This document shows, in pieces, positions 29,046 to 38,003 of a stretch of DNA of 59,374 nt (position 1 is the first letter of the stretch; the number at the start of each line of letters is the position of its first letter). Made by a program: the position numbers and the translations under genes. Source of the DNA: a virus (lineage: Duplodnaviria; Caudoviricetes). The stretch lies in the IMG/VR virus record IMGVR_UViG_3300046010_004673, positions 1-59,374 of that record; one strand, 5' to 3'. The notes under the pieces are model-generated. The model ran no database searches and was not told the origin of the DNA. It saw only the letters and a list, made by a program, of their open reading frames with translations.

Positions 29046-29718
29046 CTGTAATCTCCTTTGCAAGTTGGGTCCATTCGTTTGCGTACTCGACATCCGCCCA
29101 ATCCTTGAACCATGGACCACCACGGGTGAAGTGGACAGCCTGAGGATTGGGGCAATCGTTCTTGGTGTGCCAGCCTTCCAGATAGTTATAGGCAATGGGC
29201 AGTTCACCAATGTTCTCGTCACTCGTCCAACGGAATCGATGCAAGTACATCCCTGTCGCAATGCTCACGGTCTGCGGTGTCAGAATGTTTTTGACATCAG
29301 GGTGATCGCAATTGATCAGCATCAACGATGACCAGTTCTTTCTGGGGTACTGAGTCTGGACTGCACCGTCCATCTTGGAAACTTCTTTGGGCTTGTACTT
29401 GTGTTTAACCACCATCACAGCCTTGGAGTTGTCTTGGTAGTCCAGCAACGCAGCCACATCACCGCGCCACATGAAGTCGCAGTCCATGAACAATGCCCAG
29501 CCTTTGTATCCGTTTAAATACGGAGTTAAAAAACGGGTGAACGAAAACTCTGTGGACGACAAAGGATCATGCTCACGCCAGTACAGATTCTTTTCTCGCA
29601 TCTCGAACTGCCGTATGGGAAAGATGTCGAGCGGTTGTGTGGTGTATCTCCACAGAGATTTGCAGCAGACCCGATAAGCCAGATCCTCTCTGCTGTCCCA
29701 GCCCACAAAGATCCTCAT
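29038..29718 (-). CDS. GT-A (GT8-like) glycosyltransferase
   Basis: IFVGWDSRE; STEFSFTRFL; ALFMDCDF (DxD); RKNWSS; HFTRGGPWF. Confidence 0.85.
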   Translation of the reverse strand: MRIFVGWDSREDLAYRVCCKSLWRYTTQPLDIFPIRQFEMREKNLYWREHDPLSSTEFSFTRFLTPYLNGYKGWALFMDCDFMWRGDVAALLDYQDNSKAVMVVKHKYKPKEVSKMDGAVQTQYPRKNWSSLMLINCDHPDVKNILTPQTVSIATGMYLHRFRWTSDENIGELPIAYNYLEGWHTKNDCPNPQAVHFTRGGPWFKDWADVEYANEWTQLAKEITDG

Positions 29719-30926
29719 TGAATCTCCTTGAATGCATCCGTGATGAAAGTGACTTGATCGTGCATCTCCTTGAGTGCATCCATGACAAGCGCAACTTGAT
29801 CATCCCAAGGCGCGATCATGTTCTTGCGCGGGAACAATCTGACTGACGGATACCAAGTACTGCGATCACCTTCTTTGCAGTTCCAGTACCAGAGTTTGTT
29901 GGCATCGAACACCAGTACAGGTTTGCCCATGCCGCCTGCCAGATGCACGTTCGCGTTGCTGCAGGCCACCACCACATCGCAGTTCTCAATGATCGCTGCC
30001 ACACCTTCGAGATCGAAGAACGTGTTGACGAAAGACTGATGAACCCGTTTGCCTGTCGATTTCTCAAAGTCATCGATCTCTTTCTTGGGTTCCCCGTATT
30101 GCAGGTTCACCACCTTGACGTTCGGAAGATCGAAGATCGGTGCCAGATCCTTGAGCGCAATGCTTTTGTGTACGCCGACACGGGGAGCAGTGCTAGCCCA
30201 TGACAACCCCACCACAAAGTCATCTTCGTTGATGCCAAGTTCTTTGCGTACTGCAGCAGCACGATCAGGGTTTGCTTTGACATGGTGGATGGCACGGTAC
30301 TTGGGAACATCCTCGAACGAATGAATGAACGCGCTACCCAAACTGCCAATCGGAATCTGTGATTGGTATTCAGAGTTCTTGATCTTGGCTTCGTGGCTGA
30401 CGAACTTGATTCCCGGCATACCACGGGCAAATAGTTTAAGCAGACGGCCATCGACCATCGCGGTCACATTGGGAGTGATCTTCTGCAACGCAGGGAGCAA
30501 TGATCCATAGATGATTTGATCGCCTATCCCCTGCTCACACCACACCAACACTGACTCATAGCCTTTGTCAGGTTCCCAACGAGGAAGTTTGGTCTTGAGT
30601 TTGGGTGATTTAAACGCATCGCTTTTCCAGCGCCATTCGTAACCCGCCCAGCCTTTCGCGAAGTCGCCCATCTGCAGGGTGATCAGGCCCACTGTCCAGT
30701 TTGCATCGGCTGAATCAGGCTTCATGCGAAGACTAAGTTCGAAGTCCTTGATGGCTTCGTCCCAACGTCGCATCTCCCAGTTCGCTCGACCCCGTTGAAT
30801 GAAAGACAGATGCATCAAGTCATAGAGATTGATGATGGGGTTGAGGCTTTCAATCCCACGGTCGTATTCGTCTTTGTCGAATGCGTGAACCGCTTTGTTG
30901 AACAGATCTTGAATGCTCTTGCTCAC
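29715..30926 (-). CDS. TPR + GT-B (GT9-like) glycosyltransferase
   Basis: N-terminal TPR helices; EQGIGDQI; VGLSW; VNLQYG; VHLAGGMGKP; WYPSVRLF. GTG start at 30926 after GGAGG. Confidence 0.82.
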   Translation of the reverse strand: MSKSIQDLFNKAVHAFDKDEYDRGIESLNPIINLYDLMHLSFIQRGRANWEMRRWDEAIKDFELSLRMKPDSADANWTVGLITLQMGDFAKGWAGYEWRWKSDAFKSPKLKTKLPRWEPDKGYESVLVWCEQGIGDQIIYGSLLPALQKITPNVTAMVDGRLLKLFARGMPGIKFVSHEAKIKNSEYQSQIPIGSLGSAFIHSFEDVPKYRAIHHVKANPDRAAAVRKELGINEDDFVVGLSWASTAPRVGVHKSIALKDLAPIFDLPNVKVVNLQYGEPKKEIDDFEKSTGKRVHQSFVNTFFDLEGVAAIIENCDVVVACSNANVHLAGGMGKPVLVFDANKLWYWNCKEGDRSTWYPSVRLFPRKNMIAPWDDQVALVMDALKEMHDQVTFITDAFKEIQ

Positions 30927-31039
30927 CAGTAATCCCTCCCGCCACGCTTCGATGCCCACTCCGGCGGCGGCACATGCGCCCACTCAGTGTGTCTGCGCCA
31001 CTTCCAATCTCGGTACGCTCGCCTGATCCATTCGATCAT
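30923..31039 (-). CDS. Small Trp-rich hypothetical protein (38 aa, not in ORF track)
   Basis: MIEWIRRAYRDWKWRR...; GGAGG upstream; GTGA overlap with the GT gene. Confidence 0.45.
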   Translation of the reverse strand: MIEWIRRAYRDWKWRRHTEWAHVPPPEWASKRGGRDYW

Positions 31040-31086
31040 GTGTGTCCCCTCCCGGCGACACCCGAAGATGCCGCCGGGGATTGTGG

Positions 31087-31302
31087 TTACAGCAGTTTGT
31101 TCAGGTCATCAATGAACTGAGAGACCAGTGCTTTGATGCGGACTTTCTTGCTAAGTCCTTTGGCTTTCACTACATGCTTTTTGTTTCGTTTAAATACTGA
31201 GTGAACCAACTGTGCGCTGTACCCAGTCTTGCGAACGACTTCTGATTTGGACAAACCTTTGTTTGCCCATTCACGAATGGTGTCTGATTTAGAACGGCGC
31301 AT
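31087..31302 (-). CDS. Small basic HTH-like protein
   Basis: KGLSKSEVVRKTGYSAQLVHSV. Confidence 0.55.
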   Translation of the reverse strand: MRRSKSDTIREWANKGLSKSEVVRKTGYSAQLVHSVFKRNKKHVVKAKGLSKKVRIKALVSQFIDDLNKLL

Positions 31303-31555
31303 CGGCTTCCTCCCCGCGCTCCACCCACTGGCTTGCCGCCAACGAGATGTACTGGTTGCCTGCCTTCGAGGTGTTGTTCCATGCAGAGATGGACAACTTC
31401 GCGGGCTTGCCTGCTTTCACTGCGTCAACCAACTGCCGCAGCAGATCCTTGGTCAACGTCAGTTCACCACGCATCGCGGGTGACTTCTCAGACTTCATGG
31501 TCTTGCTCTTGAACAGAGCGCCCGTCGAACGATCATCACGATTGTAATCAGCCAT
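31289..31555 (-). CDS. Putative ssDNA-binding protein
   Basis: GALFK...P..RG...ISAW...G.QYISL; acidic tail ending APF; follows Sak. Confidence 0.6.
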   Translation of the reverse strand: MADYNRDDRSTGALFKSKTMKSEKSPAMRGELTLTKDLLRQLVDAVKAGKPAKLSISAWNNTSKAGNQYISLAASQWVERGEEADAPF

Positions 31556-32270
31556 TGCTAGTTGCTCCTTCGTACTTCGATTTCAACTCAATAAACGCCG
31601 TCTTCAACGCCTCGTACTGCTTCGGGTAGTTGCTGTCGAGGATATCAATCAACTGTTTGTTCTCGCTCCAGAAACCACGCAGCGAGTTGGTGTCCTTGCA
31701 GAACTGCTTGGCAAACTGCAACAACTTCTCGACGATTTCTGCTGCGCCTTCCTCAGAAGGAATGTCATTCGGCCCCTGCTTGGTGGGAACCTTTCTCTTC
31801 TGTTTGACTGCTGGGGTTTCATCGATGAGCGGACCTTCATCCAACTCAGCGACAGACTGCTGGATCTGTTGATCCGTTTGCACCGGAGCAGACTGGATGT
31901 CTTCACCGGCATAGATGCCATGGCCCAATCCAAGCATGCTGATGCACTTGACAAGGCAACGCATGCGGGTGTCGCTGATCTTGCGAGCATCCGGATTCTT
32001 GATCGCGTTGTTCTTGTAGTCCATCACCGGAAGCCACATGGATCTGTAGCACGGTCCAATGCGAACAGTGCAATGCACGGTGACCGTGCCATCGTTGTGG
32101 ATCTCGTGCGGATCAAACTCATAGGTCGCGTTGGGGAACTCTTCCATCAAGACTCCCCATGCCCACGCCCACGAGAGATAGGTCAGACCGTTCTTCTTTT
32201 CGACGTGCTTCGAGACATCGACTTTGACTAAGGTCTGCCAAATGTTTTCGTAGGTAATCACTTCAGACAT
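31548..32270 (-). CDS. sak: Sak-like (DUF1071) single-strand annealing recombinase
   Basis: VDVSKHVEKKNGLTYLSWAWAW...LPVMDYKN...MRCLVK...GLGHGIYAGED. Confidence 0.85.
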   Translation of the reverse strand: MSEVITYENIWQTLVKVDVSKHVEKKNGLTYLSWAWAWGVLMEEFPNATYEFDPHEIHNDGTVTVHCTVRIGPCYRSMWLPVMDYKNNAIKNPDARKISDTRMRCLVKCISMLGLGHGIYAGEDIQSAPVQTDQQIQQSVAELDEGPLIDETPAVKQKRKVPTKQGPNDIPSEEGAAEIVEKLLQFAKQFCKDTNSLRGFWSENKQLIDILDSNYPKQYEALKTAFIELKSKYEGATSNG

Positions 32271-32320
32271 ACGTTGCTCCTTTGTTATGTCTTGGTATTG
32301 TACACAAGTCAACGAAGCAA

Positions 32321-33199
32321 TCAATACCCTGCTTCATTGGCTTCACGTTCACGCTGGTACTGTGAACACCATGCGTTTACACGGCACCAGTTGGCTGTGC
32401 ATCGGGTCGGTTCCCCACGACGGAATTCAATCTCTTGACCCGACAACAGATCTGCTTTCGCAGAGGCTTCGTTGTCATAGAGTTTGATGGCCCGCTTGTT
32501 GCCGATCTTTTTGACAGCCCACACCGAAGGCTTTTCCCAGCGTTCTTCAGGGGAACACTCCGGAAGTTCTGCGCCAGTGAGTCGGTCGAACTCTGCGTTC
32601 TGATGCAGTTCAACACGGCTGTCAAGATAGGTGTCTTGATCGGAGTCAGACCACATCGGGATATCGATCTCGACGATAGGGGCTTTGGGATAGTCTGCTT
32701 TGTCGAGCGCATCACGAGAACGCCAGTCACGCAGGATCGCAATGACCTTGAGTCCTTTGACCTTCGCGCCTTTCGCACGTCGCAGCAGTGAAGCATAGCA
32801 ATTCAACTGCCGTTCCCATTCGACCTTGCCCAAGATCACAGACCAGACCGAGGTGGTCTTGTAGTCCATGATGGTGATGCCGTCATCCTCGATGCGCTGA
32901 ACATCGATAGCACCACTGACAACCCAGCCATCGATCTCCAGAAAGATACGTTCCTCGCTGACATGCTTGTCGTCTGCGGTGTCCTCGAACATCTTGTGTG
33001 CAGCAGTTCCCATGACGGCCCACATCTTTTCGCTGACATCTTCTTCGAGTTCATCCCAATGTTCTTGACGCAGGATGCGGACACGAGGTGCATCGATGAG
33101 TTGTGTGATCGAACGATTGCTTTCGCCTTTGCTGTACTCACTGCGAGTCAGTGCTTTAACTACGGGGTCAGGCAACCCGAACTTGTTGGTAAGTTTCAT
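32321..33199 (-). CDS. PD-(D/E)XK (Cas4-like) exonuclease
   Basis: GTAAH; SGAID; IMDYKTTS; QLNCY; C-terminal Cys cluster. Confidence 0.8.
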   Translation of the reverse strand: MKLTNKFGLPDPVVKALTRSEYSKGESNRSITQLIDAPRVRILRQEHWDELEEDVSEKMWAVMGTAAHKMFEDTADDKHVSEERIFLEIDGWVVSGAIDVQRIEDDGITIMDYKTTSVWSVILGKVEWERQLNCYASLLRRAKGAKVKGLKVIAILRDWRSRDALDKADYPKAPIVEIDIPMWSDSDQDTYLDSRVELHQNAEFDRLTGAELPECSPEERWEKPSVWAVKKIGNKRAIKLYDNEASAKADLLSGQEIEFRRGEPTRCTANWCRVNAWCSQYQREREANEAGY

Positions 33200-33441
33200 C
33201 GTCTCCAGATCCTCACGCCATCGCCTTTCTTGTCAAGGCTGGAACTGAACTTGTACTTGGGATTGCGATTTGAGAATCTGCTGAGTCTCACACGCACAGT
33301 ATGCAACACCTTTTGCATTTCTTCCTGAGAACATTCAACCAGTATGCTGTCACCGGGGTTCAAATCTTTGAGTGGTAACGGACCTATGCTGACTCTGTTC
33401 GCTATGCGCGGAGGCAGCGAAACATTTTTATCAATCTTCAT
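33196..33441 (-). CDS. Small putative DNA-binding protein
   Basis: MKIDKNVSLP...PLKDLNPGDS...GVRIWR; GGAGG RBS. Confidence 0.6.
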   Translation of the reverse strand: MKIDKNVSLPPRIANRVSIGPLPLKDLNPGDSILVECSQEEMQKVLHTVRVRLSRFSNRNPKYKFSSSLDKKGDGVRIWRR

Positions 33442-33486
33442 GGTTCCTCCTGTTTTAAAACCTAACGAGAGTGTAGCATTGTGATC

Positions 33487-33855
33487 ATGAAAACAGAAAT
33501 ATTTTTTACGGTGTTAGGCGAGCCAGCAAGCAAGGCTAATAGCCGACAACTTGTGCGTTTAAATGGCAGGCCCGCGTTCATCAAGTCCAAGAAGGCAAGG
33601 GACTATGTGAACGCATTCAAACTGCAGTGTCCGAAGATGTCCGAGTTGATGCAGGGAGATCTGTCTGTGTCGATCAAGATCTTTTATGCATCACGCAGAC
33701 CTGACTTGGATGAGTCAGTGATACTGGATGCCATGCAAGGGCTGGTGTATGAGAATGATCGGCAAGTAAAGGAGAAGCATGTCTACCATGGACTCGACAA
33801 GCAAAACCCCAGAGCAGAAATCAAAGTCTCTCAAGTCTCCGGAGCAGGCGCTTAA
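33487..33855 (+). CDS. rusA: RusA-like Holliday junction resolvase
   Basis: GEPASKANS; RRPDLD; ILDAMQG..YENDRQV; NPRAEI. Confidence 0.85.
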   Translation: MKTEIFFTVLGEPASKANSRQLVRLNGRPAFIKSKKARDYVNAFKLQCPKMSELMQGDLSVSIKIFYASRRPDLDESVILDAMQGLVYENDRQVKEKHVYHGLDKQNPRAEIKVSQVSGAGA

Positions 33856-34042
33856 ACGCTACCAGTGGCTTTGGCAGCGGCTCTACAGAATCAATCGGGT
33901 CGATCCACCAATTTGGAAAGCGCGGCGCAGAAGTCTTTTCCGTCGGGCGAATGAGGCATGGGCTGAGTATTTAGACTCAGTCCAAATTCAACATGGCGAA
34001 AAAGAAAAAGCCCCCGACAGAAGAACTCCGCCGGGGGCTTGA
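33779..34042 (+). CDS. Possible hypothetical protein
   Basis: ORF overlapping the rusA 3' end; no recognisable motif. Confidence 0.3.
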   Translation: MSTMDSTSKTPEQKSKSLKSPEQALKRYQWLWQRLYRINRVDPPIWKARRRSLFRRANEAWAEYLDSVQIQHGEKEKAPDRRTPPGA

Positions 34043-34044
34043 CC

Positions 34045-34360
34045 GTCTGGGTGAGGGGACGGTAGTCTCAGAGGTACTAGCAACGAGACGGGCGCGATCC
34101 TATCTGGATCTCCCCAGACTATCAAGTCCGTCCTCGTCAGTCGTCTCAAGCCGGGTGCAAGTTCCGGTGTGCAGTGGTGCGCTTTCCATCGTCCACTGTG
34201 CGGGTTGAAAGTGCTGAGGACGTTAAAAAATCAGACAGGCGTGATGCGATGGCTGGCTCCGTCCAGTATGGCGCTTCCGATCCCATGTCTCATGGGGTTT
34301 AGGGGGCGCTTTGCTCCTGCTTCACCATCCAGTATGGGTATATCTCTAGATATATCCTCG
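34045..34360. other. Structured non-coding region upstream of the primase-helicase (origin or ncRNA candidate)
   Basis: Many complementary segments; see findings. Confidence 0.45.
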
Positions 34361-34391
34361 GGGTTTTAACCAACAACTACAGGGTGATTGA

Positions 34392-36080
34392 ATGAATCAA
34401 GAACTAGCAGAACTGATATCCAAACAAACAGAAACAACCAGAATCCGTTGTCCGGTATGTGCGGATGACCGAAAGAAATCTCACCTGAAATCCATGGGTG
34501 TTAGCGTCGAAGAGAACCGTGTTGTTTACCAGTGCTTTCACTGTGGAACCTCCGGTGCAGTCAAGAAAGATCGATTTATGTACCAAGTGAAAGAACTCAC
34601 CAAGAATGTTGTCGTCATCCATCCACCGGCAGAAGTCCAGCCACAGATTGTCGAGAAGTTCCTGCGATCACGGGGGATAGACCCCGAGACAGTGCAGGAC
34701 TACCCGTTGGTCGGGGGAACCAAGTGGTTTGGGGAGATCGGCAAAGAGGTGGACGCAATCGGGTTCATCTACGGTGATCCGAAAGCCCCTCATGCCATCA
34801 AGTGGAGAGCAGTCGAAGACAAAGCATTCACTCAGCAGGGATCTGCCAGATCCTTCTTCGGTTTAAACCAGTTACCACCTGAAACAAAAGACTTGATCAT
34901 CTGTGAAGGCGAGATGGATGTACTCGCTCTTGCTGCAGCCGGTATCCCTGCTATCGGTTGCCCGAACGGCGCACCCCAGAAGATCAGTGATCGGAAGGTG
35001 GACCCCAAGGATGATGGCAAGTACTCGTTTGTGTGGGACTCACGGGAACTGATCGAGAAGTCAGAGCGGGTGGTGTTCTTCGGGGACCAAGACGAACCGG
35101 GAGAAGCACTCGTCGAAGAACTCGCGAGGCGTATTGGCAGGGCCAAGTGCTGGAAGGTCACGCTCCCAGAGAAGGATGCCAACGAGACCCTCCTGAAGCA
35201 TGGCCCTGAGGCTTTACGAGAAGCCCTATTGGCGGCTCAACCCCTCCCACTGCAGGGTGTGTATACCCCCAGCGATTTCGAGACCCAGATCATGTCCCTG
35301 TACGACGATGGGATTGTGAAAGGGGCCAGCACTGGCATGCACAGCCTCGATACCCTGTACACCATCTTGCCGGGACAGTTGTCGGTGGTCACCGGATTGC
35401 CGGGATCAGGCAAGTCCGAACTGATCGACCAGATATGCGTCAACATTGCCATGCAAAAGGGGTGGCGATTTGCGATAGCGAGTTTCGAGAACCCTCCGCA
35501 CATGCACATTGCGAAGTTGTGCGAGAAGGTCATCGGGAAACCTTTCTTCGGACCCCATCGTATGGACTCAGACGAACGGGACTACGCATTGCAGTTTCTG
35601 AACCAACATTTCGTGTTCCTGCAGTCCCATGACGGCGCACCAGCCACAGTCCAGAGCATCATCGACCGAACCAAACAGGCGGTCATGCGGATGGGGGTTC
35701 GAGGGTTGATCATCGATCCCTACAACTACCTCGACATGACCGGATCAGACTCCGAACACCAAGCGATCAGCAAAATGCTGACCGATATCGTGTTGTTCTG
35801 TAAGTCGCATGATCTGCATGCATGGTTCGTCGCTCACCCCGCCAAACAACTGCCGGACAGTGGTCCACCGAAGGGCCAGCACATCTCTGGATCGGCAGCA
35901 TGGTTTGCGAAAGCGGACTGCGGGGTCACGGTCCACCGCAACGGCGACCAGACTGAGGTGCATGTCTGGAAGAGTCGGTTTAAATGGGTCGGCAGAGTTG
36001 GAAAGATTGAACTGAATTATGATCTGCCGACAGGCCGGTACTCAGATCTTGCGCCCGAAGCATGGGATGTTGAACTGTGA
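34392..36080 (+). CDS. T7 gp4/Twinkle-like primase-helicase
   Basis: Zn finger CPVC...CFHC; TOPRIM CEGEMD and DQDEPG; Walker A GLPGSGKS; IIDPYN; VAHP. Confidence 0.92.
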   Translation: MNQELAELISKQTETTRIRCPVCADDRKKSHLKSMGVSVEENRVVYQCFHCGTSGAVKKDRFMYQVKELTKNVVVIHPPAEVQPQIVEKFLRSRGIDPETVQDYPLVGGTKWFGEIGKEVDAIGFIYGDPKAPHAIKWRAVEDKAFTQQGSARSFFGLNQLPPETKDLIICEGEMDVLALAAAGIPAIGCPNGAPQKISDRKVDPKDDGKYSFVWDSRELIEKSERVVFFGDQDEPGEALVEELARRIGRAKCWKVTLPEKDANETLLKHGPEALREALLAAQPLPLQGVYTPSDFETQIMSLYDDGIVKGASTGMHSLDTLYTILPGQLSVVTGLPGSGKSELIDQICVNIAMQKGWRFAIASFENPPHMHIAKLCEKVIGKPFFGPHRMDSDERDYALQFLNQHFVFLQSHDGAPATVQSIIDRTKQAVMRMGVRGLIIDPYNYLDMTGSDSEHQAISKMLTDIVLFCKSHDLHAWFVAHPAKQLPDSGPPKGQHISGSAAWFAKADCGVTVHRNGDQTEVHVWKSRFKWVGRVGKIELNYDLPTGRYSDLAPEAWDVEL

Positions 36081-36562
36081 GGCCGGTCATCGAACTCAGC
36101 CCATGGGAATACGAATGGGCAAGTCATGTCGGTGCGCGTCGGTTCATTGAGAACTGGGGCAGAGGTAATGCATTGCATTACGACAGTTCCAGAATGGAAG
36201 ATGATCGAACAGCACAGGTCGCGGCGTGTGTCTGTGAACTCGCGGTCGCCAAGTACGCAAACCGATATTGGTCCGGTCATGTTTGGCCTGCCGCACAGCA
36301 CGACAAACACAAACACATGGCTGACGTGGGAACCAACATCGAGGTGCGAAGACTGCGGACACGGGATCGTGCTGCAGTGAGGCGTAAACAATTGGGGAAA
36401 GGCTTGGTGCTGTTCGCAGCCAAGCCGCACATGCCTGAGTTACGGTTCGTCGAGATCTATGGGTTCATCGACTACGACAAAGCATGGCAACTCGCTGTGC
36501 CATCGGACTACGATCCAGAAAACACACGCGAGATTTCTCCAGAGCATTTGAGGTTGCTATGA
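36077..36562 (+). CDS. Hypothetical protein (possible nuclease-like fold)
   Basis: ELAVAKY...DVG.NIEVR; coupled to the helicase gene. Confidence 0.55.
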   Translation: MRPVIELSPWEYEWASHVGARRFIENWGRGNALHYDSSRMEDDRTAQVAACVCELAVAKYANRYWSGHVWPAAQHDKHKHMADVGTNIEVRRLRTRDRAAVRRKQLGKGLVLFAAKPHMPELRFVEIYGFIDYDKAWQLAVPSDYDPENTREISPEHLRLL

Positions 36563-36786
36563 AGACCTACATTCACGTCAATCAGCATGTAATCAGAGCA
36601 AACAAAAAGACCGGGCAAGATAACCCAGTCATCACGGTTAAACATGGGAAGAAGAACACCTATTGCAGACGGGTCTACATCCATGGACCCAGTGAGGTGG
36701 TGTACGGTGGTAACGAGAAGCCGCTGCTGCCGTGCGGGGCGCGTGTTGCGGTGGTTACCGAAGCCGAGGTCGAGATTCTGGAATAA
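36559..36786 (+). CDS. Hypothetical phage protein
   Basis: MKTYIHVNQHVIRANKK...PLLPCGARV; ATGA overlap. Confidence 0.65.
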   Translation: MKTYIHVNQHVIRANKKTGQDNPVITVKHGKKNTYCRRVYIHGPSEVVYGGNEKPLLPCGARVAVVTEAEVEILE

Positions 36787-36820
36787 AAAAAACCCGACAC
36801 CCTGTGACAGGTGCCGGGGT
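36785..36820 (-). terminator. Intrinsic terminator at a convergent junction
   Basis: On the minus strand CCCGGCACC...GGTGTCGGG followed by T8. Confidence 0.7.
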
Positions 36821-36837
36821 TGTGCCTCCCTCAATCG

Positions 36838-37026
36838 TCAGACGCGGATGGTCAACGGGCAGAGTTCAGTGGACCGCATGGTGCGGACATACTCACTGCC
36901 CAAGTAGTCATACACGCACTGCTTGGTCATGCCAGTGACGCGCTCGTACTTGAAGAACGCAACTCGGTTCTGAGCGAGAGCCGAAGCACTCGCCACCAAC
37001 GCAATCAACACGATCAACTTTTTCAT
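36838..37026 (-). CDS. Small exported protein with signal peptide
   Basis: MKK, hydrophobic core, ALA cleavage site; two Cys in the mature part. Confidence 0.7.
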   Translation of the reverse strand: MKKLIVLIALVASASALAQNRVAFFKYERVTGMTKQCVYDYLGSEYVRTMRSTELCPLTIRV

Positions 37027-37214
37027 ACGTTACTCCTTGCTACAAAATCATCAGCCCATTTAAACACTTGATCACGGGAACCCTTGCAGTATTCAAACTC
37101 AGTGCTGTTGGCAAAGGCAACCCATCGATCCTTCCATATCCTGCCGGGAGAGGGGAACACCCACACAAGGATGTCCCCCGCCGGTCCACGAAACTCAGTG
37201 ATCGGATCGGACAT
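37023..37214 (-). CDS. Hypothetical protein
   Basis: MSDPITEF...; coupled ORF. Confidence 0.5.
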   Translation of the reverse strand: MSDPITEFRGPAGDILVWVFPSPGRIWKDRWVAFANSTEFEYCKGSRDQVFKWADDFVARSNV

Positions 37215-37518
37215 GGCCCAACTTCCCAAGCATGACCTTCGTAACATACGCGGCAATGCTTTGCAGTTCCTCGCGCTCGTCATCGTCATCGGTCTCGAAC
37301 GAACGCTCGACCAATGACGCACAGAAGTGGGCAAAGATTCCGAACACTTCTGGTGCTTTGACATCCATGCGCTCGATGTTCTCGACCTTGATATCGAACC
37401 CCATCACGTTACCGAATTCCACATACTCGATAACGGTCGCGAGGTCGATGTTCTGGCGGTGGTAGTACGACTCTGGATGCAGGTCGCCCGTTGCAGGGTC
37501 AACGAATTGTCGTTCCAT
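37195..37518 (-). CDS. Hypothetical acidic protein
   Basis: AGGAG RBS followed by tttaaacATG. Confidence 0.6.
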   Translation of the reverse strand: MERQFVDPATGDLHPESYYHRQNIDLATVIEYVEFGNVMGFDIKVENIERMDVKAPEVFGIFAHFCASLVERSFETDDDDEREELQSIAAYVTKVMLGKLGHVRSDH

Positions 37519-37531
37519 GTTTAAACTCCTA

Positions 37532-37735
37532 TCAAAAGGGAGGGTCTTTGAGGTCAGCCGGTTCAGACGAGTCCCATTTGACTGGCTTGATGATCACCGA
37601 CTGCTCGATGCGATTAATCTTTTCCATCATGACTGACAGGTCATGCTGAATCCGCATCAATGCGTAAGCCACCGCTGGATTCAACTGCAACTGCTTGACT
37701 TCGCGCTCAAGCATTTCGATATCTGCTTCGTTCAT
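37532..37735 (-). CDS. Hypothetical protein
   Basis: GGAGG RBS; coupled ORF. Confidence 0.55.
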   Translation of the reverse strand: MNEADIEMLEREVKQLQLNPAVAYALMRIQHDLSVMMEKINRIEQSVIIKPVKWDSSEPADLKDPPF

Positions 37736-37920
37736 ATTCCCTCCTGCTTTGCACGTTGGTATTCAAAATACTTTCGGGTCAACAGATCCGCAGTGTCGCT
37801 GATCTTTTTGTTGTGCTGCTTTCGCAGCAGTTCGAACGCATTCACCTCGCGTTCCATCTGTGCCTTGAGTTCACGGTACTCAGAGTACAACTGATCAGAG
37901 TAAATCTTTAGTCCTGCCAT
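37732..37920 (-). CDS. Hypothetical coiled-coil protein
   Basis: MAGLKIYSDQLY...; GGAGG RBS. Confidence 0.55.
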   Translation of the reverse strand: MAGLKIYSDQLYSEYRELKAQMEREVNAFELLRKQHNKKISDTADLLTRKYFEYQRAKQEGI

Positions 37921-38003
37921 GTTGCAATCCTCCACGCTACGAACATGAACACCGCGAACAACAGCATGCGTGGGAGCATGAATAAAAAATAATCCCAAGT
38001 CAT
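37908..38003 (-). CDS. Very small single-TM protein (31 aa)
   Basis: MTWDYFLFMLPRMLLFAVFMFVAWRIATWQD; ATGA overlap. Confidence 0.45.
   Translation of the reverse strand: MTWDYFLFMLPRMLLFAVFMFVAWRIATWQD

Noticed and set aside
26263-30926. Host-derived contamination (LPS locus) or a prophage flank
   Set aside because: The genes overlap phage ORFs on both sides, carry the genome's GTTTAAAY motif, and the contig closes as a circle.
32284-32312. Minus-strand promoter TTGACT-17-CATAAC upstream of sak
   Set aside because: The predicted start would fall within the RBS and the -10 is weak; not supported.
32321-33199. Cas4 as part of a CRISPR system
   Set aside because: No array or other cas genes; it sits beside Sak and SSB, a standard phage recombination module.
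34150-34170. tRNA suggested by the T-arm-like GCCGGGTGCAAGTTCCGGT
   Set aside because: No cloverleaf with D-arm, anticodon arm and acceptor stem could be built.
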